A DNA stretch of 64,000 nucleotides from Bacillota bacterium (GTDB lineage: Bacteria > Bacillota_I > Bacilli_A > RFN20 > CAG-288), in NCBI GenBank assembly GCA_036830315.1, contig DAISOU010000003.1:30064-94063 (forward strand), in the 5' to 3' direction. A model generated the notes under the pieces. That model searched no databases. It had not been told where the DNA came from and worked only from the letters and a program-made list of their open reading frames with translations. The position numbers and the translations under genes are program-made. This document shows, piece by piece, positions 9,745 through 18,036 of the stretch (within the stretch, counting starts at the first letter, position 1; the number at the start of each line of letters is the position of its first letter).

Positions 9745-10563
9745 ATGAAAGTAATCGACACAGTCTTTACCAGACAGGCGATACGTTTATGTGACGAAGG
9801 CTATAAAAAAGGATGGCATGAACGTAACGGAGGCAATCTCTCTTACCGTTTAAAAGAAGAAGAAGTCCAATCTATTCAAGATGACTTGAAGACTGGCGTC
9901 TGGCAGGAAATCGGAGCTACTGTAAAAACACTGGCCAACGAATATTTCTTAGTAACCGGTTCTGGTAAATTCATGATGAATGTCAAATTATATCCTGAAG
10001 AATCACTCTGTGTTATCAAAGTTGATGAAACTGGTTCTAAATATATGATTGTCTGGGGCCTTACAAAAGGCGGAAGACCGACAAGCGAACTTCCTTCCCA
10101 TCTCATGAACTTGGAAGTCCTAAAGAAAAGAAATCCGGATTATCGTGTCGTCTATCATTGCCATGCCACCAACGTCATTGCCCTAACATTTGTTCTTCCT
10201 CTTGATTCTGATACTTTCTCAAGAGAATTGTGGGAGATGGCAACTGAATGTCCAATCGTCTTCCCCTCTGGAGTCGGTGTCGTTCCCTGGATGGTGCCAG
10301 GAGGAGAAGAGATAGCAATAGCCACCTCCAAGCTGATGACCAAATACGATGCCGTCATCTGGGCTCACCACGGAATATTTGGAGCCGGATATGACTTCCA
10401 GACCACCTTCGGACTGATTGACACGATTGAAAAATCAGCTGAGATCTTAGTGAAAGTCCTTTCTATGACTGATCACAAAAGGCAGACTATATCAACTGAG
10501 CAATTCAGAGCCTTAGCCAAAGCCTTCCACGTCACTTTGAACGAAGATGTGCTGAATAAGTAG
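9745..10563 (+). CDS. rhaD: Rhamnulose-1-phosphate aldolase (class II aldolase)
   Basis: It has GWHERNGGNLS and the HCHATNVIAL zinc-ligand region. I chose the ATG at 9745, which has AGAGGT 8 nt upstream. The ORF-track start at 9739 is a GTG that overlaps the rhaA stop. Confidence 0.85.
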   Translation: MKVIDTVFTRQAIRLCDEGYKKGWHERNGGNLSYRLKEEEVQSIQDDLKTGVWQEIGATVKTLANEYFLVTGSGKFMMNVKLYPEESLCVIKVDETGSKYMIVWGLTKGGRPTSELPSHLMNLEVLKKRNPDYRVVYHCHATNVIALTFVLPLDSDTFSRELWEMATECPIVFPSGVGVVPWMVPGGEEIAIATSKLMTKYDAVIWAHHGIFGAGYDFQTTFGLIDTIEKSAEILVKVLSMTDHKRQTISTEQFRALAKAFHVTLNEDVLNK

Positions 10564-10572
10564 AAAAACACC

Positions 10573-10603
10573 AGCGTTGAGCTAAAAACTCAACGCTTTT
10601 CTT
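10573..10603 (+). terminator. Rho-independent terminator after rhaD
   Basis: The stem AGCGTTGAG / CTCAACGCT has a 7-nt loop and is followed by TTTCTT. Confidence 0.7.
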
Positions 10604-10870
10604 ATATCCTTATATATTGTTTAGACTTGTTCAATTGTGTTCAAAATGAGCATAATTAAAAATTAAATATCAATATTCAATCACAATATAACGCTGAAAG
10701 CTCTTCCATGATAAACTTTGTGTATCAGCGCTGTTCCTATATGATTATGAATGGATATTTCTGAAAAAAAGCATGCAAACAGAAACATCTGAAATGATCA
10801 AAAAAGAAACGGTGTTAATGAAAAAAGATAATCAAAAGAATTATCAAGAGAAGGACAAACGGAGGAAAAG

Positions 10871-13800
10871 ATGAACAAAAAGAAACTTGGAACTGCTCTC
10901 TTAGGCACATCTTCAATTTTGTTATCTATCGCCATGATTGCAGCGGTAGGTTATTCGATTGCCGACACTTGGAGAAGCTCGATTGACAATGCCTTAGGCA
11001 CTCAGAGCTATGTCACCAATACCGAAGATCCTAAATACGTTTCCGAATACAAGACCGGTGAAGAGATGATGAACGCCGCTAAAGAGCTATCCGTAAGAGA
11101 AGGTGCTGAAGGCACGGTCATCATGAAGAACGAGAATTCTGTTCTTCCTTTAGCTAAGACTAGCAAGATCGCCCTCTTCGGCGGTGCCTCCTATGACGTC
11201 TATCACTGCGATAACACTGCCAATAACACTGATCAGGTCAACATCGTCGATGCTTTCGAAGATGCTGGCATGACAGTAGATCCGACTCTCAAGGATTTCT
11301 ATATCAACAAGGTCTTAGGAGACAAGTACACTGAGACCACTAATCCCTGGGCCGGAACCAAGAGAACCTATACTTGGGGTCCTAACAAGACGGCTGGCGA
11401 TTATACCGGATTCAAGATCACTGAACTCAACCCTAGCAAGTTCACTGAAGCTGAATTCGGCTTAGAATCAGGCTGGGAAAGCAAAGTCAACGCCGATGTC
11501 GGTATTGTCACCTTTGCCCGTCCTGGCGGAGAAGGAACAACCTATAAGCCCGGAAGTGCCTTAGACACAAACGGAGAAGCAACCGGCAAGAATCCTTTAG
11601 CTTTATCAGATGATGAATTGGCAGTAGTCGACAAGGCCAAATCAATCTGTTCAAAGGTCATCGTCTTATTAGATACCTCTTGCACAATCGAAGTCGGTCC
11701 TTTAGTCAAGGGCGAACACGCCGTTGACGGTATTGCCTATATCGGAATTCCTAATGATTATCAGCTGACTGGTGTCGTCAAAGCCCTGACGGGAGATGTC
11801 AATCCTACCGGTGCTTTAGCTGATACCTATGCCGTCGATTCTGCTTCCTCTCCTGCCATGATGAATTTCGGAGGCGATTATTATTCAGATTACACCACTG
11901 TTTCTGATTTCACTGATTCCAGATGGCCTGGAGTTGAAATCGGTAATGAAATGGCTGGATCCTTTGGCGGTGCCGCTACCTATAACGGCGGTTCCTACCT
12001 AGTTGAAGCCGAAGGCATCTATACCGGTTACAACTATTATGAGACCAGATACTATGACAGCATTGCCAATCCGTCTTATAAGGCCACAGCCGCAAAGGGC
12101 GCCTCTAATGGAGCAACTTCCTGGGATTATGCCAATGAAGTTTCTTATCCTTTCGGATTCGGTCTTTCATATCTCGACTATGAAGAAAAACTCCTCAATG
12201 TCGAAGTCGAAGACAAAGCCGGCGGAAATATCACTGCCACTATCGCTATCACCAACAAGAGCGATAAGGACGGAGACTTCTTAGCTCAGCTCTATGTTCA
12301 GACTCCTTACACTGATTACGACAAGACCAACAAAGTCGAAAAGAGCGCAATTCAGTTCTTAAAGTCTGGAAAGACCAATGTAAAAGCCGGTGCCACTGCA
12401 AATGTCAAAATCACCGTTCCCACCAAATACATGGCTTCTTATGACTACACCAAGGCCAAGACCTACATCATGGATAGCGGAACATATTACTTTGCAACTG
12501 GAAATGGATCCCATGCCGCTGTCAACAATGTCCTCACCGCTCAGGGAAAGACAAGCTCAGTCGGCGGAGACACCGCCGCTGTCAAGACCTGGGAGAATAC
12601 CGGAGAAACCGATATCACCACTTATTCCATCTCTGACAGTGGTGCCAAGATTACCAATTCTTCCGAAAACATCGATATGAATTACTATCTCCCTGGAACA
12701 GTCACCTACTTAAGCCGTTCCGATTGGGATACTACCTATCCGAAGAACTACAACACTTCTAATGACGGCAAAGGTCTCACTATCGCCGACAGTTCTAAGA
12801 AGGAAGAATGGTTAAAGGAACTCAGAAACCAGCAGTATACTATCAATACCACTGGAACTGTTGAAAACTCCGCCGGTACTAAAGGAACTACCTTCGATGC
12901 TGCCTCTATCGGTTATGAACAGCAGACTGATATCAATAATGACTACTGGGATAAGTTAGTCGATGCCATCCCTGCCGAAGATGCTATCGGAGCTGTTGCC
13001 CATGGCGGCAACCAGTCTGATACTCTCACCAATATCGAAAACCCGATCGTCAAACAGTATGACGGACCCTGCGGATTCAACAACCAGACCTTATCTGCCA
13101 ACAATGGTGCTTCTGCTGCTGAAGATCCCTACTTCGTCGATCCTACTTCTGAAGCCGGCAAGTTCAAGGTCAACATCAATGCTCCTTCCTTAGTGGGTTC
13201 GGCCTTCAATCCCGATCTCGCTTATGATTGGGGTAAGATCTTAGGCAACACCGGTCTCTGGACTGGCTGCTATCAGATCTGGGGTGCTGCTCTTAACTAT
13301 CATCGTTCTCCCTACAACGGAAGAAACACTGAATATCCTTCCGAAGATCCGATGCTCTGCAACTTCGTCGGAACTGAAATCACTAAGGGAACCCGTGAGT
13401 TAGGCATTCTCTCCGGTCCTAAGCACATCGGATTCAACGATCAGGAACACAACCGTGCCGGTATCAGTGTCTACATGAACGAACAGAAGATGCGTGAAAC
13501 TGACTTACGTGGATTCCAAGGCTCAGTCGAAGAAGCCGGTGCCTTAGGACTCATGATCGCCTTCAACCGTTTAGGTGCTGTCAACGCTTCTCATCACACT
13601 GGAATGATCAACACTATCATCCGCAGCGAGTGGAACTTCAAGGGTCTCATCTCAACCGATATGATGTCTAACAAGTATTACTTCAACCCCGAAGCCAGCA
13701 TCATGGCCACTATCACTCAGATGGCTGATTTCGCCGGCAATGATTCTAACCTCCATGGCTCTAAAGACGGAACTACTGATAAGACCTGGACCTACATCAC

Positions 13801-14053
13801 TCCCGCTGTCGCTTCCACTGATCAGACCTTAGTCGATGCCGCCAGACTCTGCATGAAGTACCAGCTTTATGCCTTTGCCAATTCCGCCATCCTCAATATC
13901 TCCACCGTCGCTGTCACTCCCTGGTGGGATACTGCTATCAGAGTAGTCGAATACGGCAGTATCGCTCTTGGTGTCGGAGCCTTAGTCGGATACGGTGCCG
14001 TCTACTTCACTGGCAAGAAGAAAAAGCCTGAAACAACAGGGGAGGGTAAATAA
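10871..14053 (+). CDS. Glycoside hydrolase family 3 with reversed domain order, an N-terminal signal-anchor and a C-terminal TM anchor
   Basis: 1060 aa. The alpha/beta-sandwich domain motif (VIMKNENSVLPL...KIALFGG) is near the N-terminus. PFGFGLSY plus an FnIII-like segment (GDFLAQLYVQ) are central. The barrel-domain motifs (DGPCG, RSPYNGRNTEYPSEDP, KHIGFNDQEHNR, GLISTDMM with the nucleophile Asp) are C-terminal. Hydrophobic helices lie at both ends, and the C-terminal helix is followed by KKKK. Confidence 0.85.
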   Translation: MNKKKLGTALLGTSSILLSIAMIAAVGYSIADTWRSSIDNALGTQSYVTNTEDPKYVSEYKTGEEMMNAAKELSVREGAEGTVIMKNENSVLPLAKTSKIALFGGASYDVYHCDNTANNTDQVNIVDAFEDAGMTVDPTLKDFYINKVLGDKYTETTNPWAGTKRTYTWGPNKTAGDYTGFKITELNPSKFTEAEFGLESGWESKVNADVGIVTFARPGGEGTTYKPGSALDTNGEATGKNPLALSDDELAVVDKAKSICSKVIVLLDTSCTIEVGPLVKGEHAVDGIAYIGIPNDYQLTGVVKALTGDVNPTGALADTYAVDSASSPAMMNFGGDYYSDYTTVSDFTDSRWPGVEIGNEMAGSFGGAATYNGGSYLVEAEGIYTGYNYYETRYYDSIANPSYKATAAKGASNGATSWDYANEVSYPFGFGLSYLDYEEKLLNVEVEDKAGGNITATIAITNKSDKDGDFLAQLYVQTPYTDYDKTNKVEKSAIQFLKSGKTNVKAGATANVKITVPTKYMASYDYTKAKTYIMDSGTYYFATGNGSHAAVNNVLTAQGKTSSVGGDTAAVKTWENTGETDITTYSISDSGAKITNSSENIDMNYYLPGTVTYLSRSDWDTTYPKNYNTSNDGKGLTIADSSKKEEWLKELRNQQYTINTTGTVENSAGTKGTTFDAASIGYEQQTDINNDYWDKLVDAIPAEDAIGAVAHGGNQSDTLTNIENPIVKQYDGPCGFNNQTLSANNGASAAEDPYFVDPTSEAGKFKVNINAPSLVGSAFNPDLAYDWGKILGNTGLWTGCYQIWGAALNYHRSPYNGRNTEYPSEDPMLCNFVGTEITKGTRELGILSGPKHIGFNDQEHNRAGISVYMNEQKMRETDLRGFQGSVEEAGALGLMIAFNRLGAVNASHHTGMINTIIRSEWNFKGLISTDMMSNKYYFNPEASIMATITQMADFAGNDSNLHGSKDGTTDKTWTYITPAVASTDQTLVDAARLCMKYQLYAFANSAILNISTVAVTPWWDTAIRVVEYGSIALGVGALVGYGAVYFTGKKKKPETTGEGK

Positions 14054-14055
14054 CC

Positions 14056-14532
14056 ATGTCTAACATCATCAAAAAGATGTCAGTCGGCGCTTGGATCTAT
14101 CTAGGTGTCTTCCTCTTCGGATTCGTCGCCTTGATAATCTATGCCGCTAACGGAGCTATCGAAGGTTACTTCAAAGGCTCAAATAACGGAGTAGTAGTCG
14201 CTTTGACTATCATCGCTCTTCTCTGCGTAGCCGGAGCCATCATCCTTCCCTTCTTCACTTTCAAGGATCCAGTCAACGACGTCATCAAGATGGTCGTCGC
14301 TCTTCTCAAGATCGCCGGCCCGATGCTCTTAGTCGTTTCCTTCATGATGTTCATCGCCTCCAGAGCTGAAGGCTTAGCCTATATCTTCTTCTCCGAAGCC
14401 AACGTCTTAGCTGAAATCCAGACTCCTGCCAATATGGCCTCTGCCAGAGGAACCATATTCGGAATCATCTTCTACGTCATCGCCTGGTTAGCTTCCGTTG
14501 TCGCTCCATTCTTTGCTATCGTCAAAGAATAA
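14056..14532 (+). CDS. Small integral membrane protein (about 4 TM), unknown function, translationally coupled to the GH3 gene
   Basis: 158 aa and strongly hydrophobic. The ATG lies 2 nt after the GH3 stop, with GGGGAGGG upstream. A strong terminator follows. Confidence 0.6.
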   Translation: MSNIIKKMSVGAWIYLGVFLFGFVALIIYAANGAIEGYFKGSNNGVVVALTIIALLCVAGAIILPFFTFKDPVNDVIKMVVALLKIAGPMLLVVSFMMFIASRAEGLAYIFFSEANVLAEIQTPANMASARGTIFGIIFYVIAWLASVVAPFFAIVKE

Positions 14533-14553
14533 TCTAGCCCCCTAATAGACGAC

Positions 14554-14598
14554 AGGAACTATAGGTATCAAAAAATTGTTTACCTATAGTTCCTTTTA
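14554..14598 (+). terminator. Rho-independent terminator after the GH3/4-TM pair
   Basis: A 14-bp stem AGGAACTATAGGTA / TACCTATAGTTCCT with a 13-nt loop, followed by TTTT. Confidence 0.8.
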
Positions 14599-14641
14599 TT
14601 TAAATCAAATAATCCAATAGATTAAAATAGAAGGAGAAAAC

Positions 14642-17200
14642 ATGATAAAGATTACAAAATTCACCTGTGAAGGCTTAGAAAAAGACATTGTAACGGATGA
14701 AAAGCATCCTCTTTTCTCCTATTCCATCAGTGAAGACCACGATGACGCTACTATCGTCGTTGCCACTTTGTCTATCGGAAACTGGACCAAAGAATTCAAT
14801 GATTTCAATAGTGTAAAATATGACGGAAAAGAACTTGACCTGCGTTCTTCCTATGAAGCGATCCTCACCGTCAAAGACGATAAAGGACAGGAAGCAAAAA
14901 AAGTCCTGTCTTTCTCAACGGGGCTTGGTGAGAATGGACTCAAAGGGGATTTCATCACCGATCCTTCCTATCGTTTCACTGAGAAGAGAATTTCGCCAAA
15001 GGTTTTGATATTCAGAAAGAAACTGCAGTTATCTGGAAAGAAAATCAAAAAAGCGGTCGTCTATTCTACGGCTTTAGGAGTCTATGATTTTCTTCTCGAT
15101 GGCAAGAAAGTCGGAAACAGATATTTCGCTCCTGGTTTCACGTCTTATAAGTCTCATCTGATGTATCAGACCTATGACATCACCTCTTCGTTAAAGAAAG
15201 ACAGCATTCTCTATTTTGTTGTTTCCGGAGGCTGGGCAGTCGGTTCATTTGTCTTCACCAGAAAGAACAGAATCACTGCTAAAAGACAGGCTCTTCTCGC
15301 GAACATCTTCATCACTTATGAAGACGGAAGCGAAGAGCTTATCAAGACAGACTCTTCCTTTGACGTAGGAAGAGAAGGTCCTTATAAAGAAGCTGATTTC
15401 TATGATGGCGAAACTTATGACAGCAGGATAGGAATTGAAAACATCTCTTATCATAAAGCAGGTGTTGAACATGTTAAAATAAATCCTCTTATTACAGCTG
15501 ATTATGGATCTGATGTCATCAAAATCGCAACTTTAAAACCGGTATCCTCTACCACTCTTTCAAAGGGGAAAACTATTTATGACTTCAGGCAGAACTTTGC
15601 CGGTGTCATCAATCTGAAGATCAAGAATGCAAAAGAAGGAACACAGATTATCATCCGCCACGGAGAAATACTAAAAGAAGACGGTGATCTCAATCTATCG
15701 TTTTTAAGATCAGCCAAAGCTACCTTGACTTATATCTGCAAAGAAGGAAAACAGGAGTTTGCTCCGACTCTGACCTATATGGGTTTCAGATATATCAGTC
15801 TTGAGGGAATCGAGCCTGATAATGTTGAAATCGAGGCCTTTGTTCTTTCTTCAGACATCAAAGAAACTGGTTCTTTTGAATGTTCTGACAAGAACATCAA
15901 TCGTCTTTATCAGAACATCATTTGGAGTTCGAGATCTAATTTCATGGATATCCCGACCGATTGTCCTCAAAGAGATGAGAGGATGGGATGGACGGGTGAT
16001 ATCTCGGTCTTTTCTCCTACTGCCCTCTACTGCTTTGATATGGATAGATTCCTTGTCAAATGGCTTAAAGACATGAAAGCCGAACAGCATTTAGGAGGCG
16101 GCATTCCTAACACGATACCAGTTCAAGGCTATGGTTTTCCGGCAACGATGCCCGTTATGGCTGTTGATTTCTGGGGTGATGCCTGTCTGACTGTTCCTTA
16201 TAATATGTATCTTAAAGACGGAAACAGAGACGTCCTTTCTTTAATGTATCCGACAATGAAAAAATATGTGAATGCCTGTCTTTTCTGGGCTAATCTCTTC
16301 AGTCTTGGCAAAGACCGTTATATTTGGAACACGCTTTCCTTACTGCATTTTGGTGATTGGGTGGCTCCTGATATCGATGAGATGTCTAAATGGCAGAAGA
16401 GATCAAAATGGACCGCTACGGCTTCTCTCAGACATACCTCCGATATTCTTTCCAAAGTAGCCTCTGTCTTAGGAAAACATGACGATGAGATAAAATACCG
16501 CAAGATATCTGATAATGTCGCCGACGCCTATCAATCAAAACTCATTGATAAAGATGGACGACTTGAAAACGAATTCCAAACCGGTTATGTCTTGCCTTTG
16601 GCTTTCGATATGTTAGATGACAAGATGAAAAAGAAGGTCGCTTTGAACTTAGTCTCGCTGATAAAAAAGAATGATTATCGTATCGGTACAGGATTCCCCG
16701 GTACTCCATATATCCTCTTTGCCTTAGCTGACAGCGGATACAAAGAAGAAGCGTTCAAAATGCTCTTCAATGACAAGTGTCCCTCCTGGCTCTATGAAGT
16801 AAAAACAGGCGGAACAACTATCTGGGAAAGATGGGATGGCTTAGACGAAGACGGGTCCTGTTCAATTGGAAAAGACGGAACCGGAGGAATGATATCCTAT
16901 AACCATTATGCAAGCGGAGCGGTAGGTGCCTTCTTCTATCAGAGAATCTGTGGTATTGAACCTATAGTTCCCGGATATAAGAGATTCAAAATCCAGCCCT
17001 TGATTCCGACTCAGCTTTCTTATGCCAAAGCGATGACAGATACTCCCTTTGGAACCATAAGAAGCGAATGGGAGAAAATCAACGGAACAATTCAGTTTTT
17101 AATCGAAGTTCCCGTCAATACCATCTGTGAATTGGCTCTGCCTGACGGAACACATAAAGAACTGAAGAACGGACGTTATTCTTTCACAGTTGACTGCTGA
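14642..17200 (+). CDS. Alpha-L-rhamnosidase (GH78), no signal peptide
   Basis: 852 aa. It has the hallmark DIPTDCPQRDERMGWTGD and a C-terminal (alpha/alpha)6 region (TIWERWDG). RBS AGGAG is upstream. It ends at TGA. Confidence 0.9.
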   Translation: MIKITKFTCEGLEKDIVTDEKHPLFSYSISEDHDDATIVVATLSIGNWTKEFNDFNSVKYDGKELDLRSSYEAILTVKDDKGQEAKKVLSFSTGLGENGLKGDFITDPSYRFTEKRISPKVLIFRKKLQLSGKKIKKAVVYSTALGVYDFLLDGKKVGNRYFAPGFTSYKSHLMYQTYDITSSLKKDSILYFVVSGGWAVGSFVFTRKNRITAKRQALLANIFITYEDGSEELIKTDSSFDVGREGPYKEADFYDGETYDSRIGIENISYHKAGVEHVKINPLITADYGSDVIKIATLKPVSSTTLSKGKTIYDFRQNFAGVINLKIKNAKEGTQIIIRHGEILKEDGDLNLSFLRSAKATLTYICKEGKQEFAPTLTYMGFRYISLEGIEPDNVEIEAFVLSSDIKETGSFECSDKNINRLYQNIIWSSRSNFMDIPTDCPQRDERMGWTGDISVFSPTALYCFDMDRFLVKWLKDMKAEQHLGGGIPNTIPVQGYGFPATMPVMAVDFWGDACLTVPYNMYLKDGNRDVLSLMYPTMKKYVNACLFWANLFSLGKDRYIWNTLSLLHFGDWVAPDIDEMSKWQKRSKWTATASLRHTSDILSKVASVLGKHDDEIKYRKISDNVADAYQSKLIDKDGRLENEFQTGYVLPLAFDMLDDKMKKKVALNLVSLIKKNDYRIGTGFPGTPYILFALADSGYKEEAFKMLFNDKCPSWLYEVKTGGTTIWERWDGLDEDGSCSIGKDGTGGMISYNHYASGAVGAFFYQRICGIEPIVPGYKRFKIQPLIPTQLSYAKAMTDTPFGTIRSEWEKINGTIQFLIEVPVNTICELALPDGTHKELKNGRYSFTVDC

Positions 17201-17246
17201 CAGACTTCAAGAAATTCAAGGGAGATCGACTCTTGTTAATTCTAAG

Positions 17247-17286
17247 AAACTATCGGAGAGTGTTCCCCCTCCGATAGTTTTTTCTT
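17247..17286 (+). terminator. Rho-independent terminator after the GH78 gene
   Basis: The stem AAACTATCGGAG / CTCCGATAGTTT is followed by a T-run. Confidence 0.7.
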
Positions 17287-17333
17287 GCTGGATTCCAGCA
17301 GAAAAGTTAGACAAACAGGAATTCAAGCACTAA

Positions 17334-17359
17334 AAAAGGCCATCTCAGAATGGCCTTTT
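17334..17359. terminator. Bidirectional hairpin between the convergent GH78 and jag genes
   Basis: AAAAGGCCAT-CTCAGA-ATGGCCTTTT, with an A-tract on one side and a T-tract on the other. Confidence 0.6.
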
Positions 17360-17362
17360 AAT

Positions 17363-18010
17363 TTACTTATTTTCTTCTTTTTCAGCATCGACTGGAACAA
17401 CTGTCGGACCCGGTACATACTGAATAGTAACGTGTCTCTTATGTCCTGTTCCCAAAGACTGAGTCTTGATATTAGGACAGCCAGTGAGAGTCTGATGAAT
17501 GATTCTTCTTTCATCAGAAGTCATAGCGTCAAGAACCGCAGTGATATGTGTTCTCTGAACTTCAGCGGCATAATGTTTGGCCATGTAGGCAAACTTGCTG
17601 TACTTGTCTTCTTTATAGCCATCGCAATTAAGAAGAATACGATAGTGTCCGCCGAAACGATTGAAGCAGGCAGAACGAGTGAGTTCATTGATAGAGCGAA
17701 GAGTATCACCGTTTCTTCCGATGACGTTCTTGTTTCTGGCAGTGACGATATTGAGCTTGATTACGCCTTCTTCATATTTAGCTTCTGTCGATCCCTCAAT
17801 ACCGAGAGAATGAAGACAGCGCTTGATGTAATCGTCAGCGAAGACGATGACATCATTGATGGAGTAGATACCGATAGTGACGGTCTTGGAGAAAAGTGTC
17901 TTCTTGACTGAGATTACTTGATAGTTGACAGTCTTAGGATCAGCGATACCTAAGTCGAGGCAAGCCTTCTTTAAAGCCTCTTCTTCGGTTTTTCCTTCAT
18001 ACTTGTTCAT
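17363..18010 (-). CDS. jag: Jag/KhpB RNA-binding protein (Jag-N, KH and R3H domains)
   Basis: 215 aa. It has a KH-like GRNGDTLRSINEL segment and an R3H region (ERRIIHQTL). It lies immediately downstream of yidC, as in most Firmicutes. Confidence 0.85.
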   Translation of the reverse strand: MNKYEGKTEEEALKKACLDLGIADPKTVNYQVISVKKTLFSKTVTIGIYSINDVIVFADDYIKRCLHSLGIEGSTEAKYEEGVIKLNIVTARNKNVIGRNGDTLRSINELTRSACFNRFGGHYRILLNCDGYKEDKYSKFAYMAKHYAAEVQRTHITAVLDAMTSDERRIIHQTLTGCPNIKTQSLGTGHKRHVTIQYVPGPTVVPVDAEKEENK

Positions 18011-18036
18011 AATATATCTTCCTCCGATTATCTATT

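Noticed and set aside
10773-10874. 33-aa Lys-rich upstream ORF (MQTETSEMIKKETVLMKKDNQKNYQEKDKRRKR) whose TGA overlaps the GH3 ATG as ATGA
   Set aside because: It has no Shine-Dalgarno sequence and lies in A-rich DNA that yields Lys/Glu-rich ORFs by chance. The ATGA overlap is intriguing, but it is not enough to call a leader peptide.
17285-17911. 208-aa plus-strand ORF overlapping jag
   Set aside because: It lies antisense to a well-supported Jag/KhpB gene. It has no RBS and its start codon lies within the terminator region between the GH78 gene and jag. It is a typical shadow ORF.
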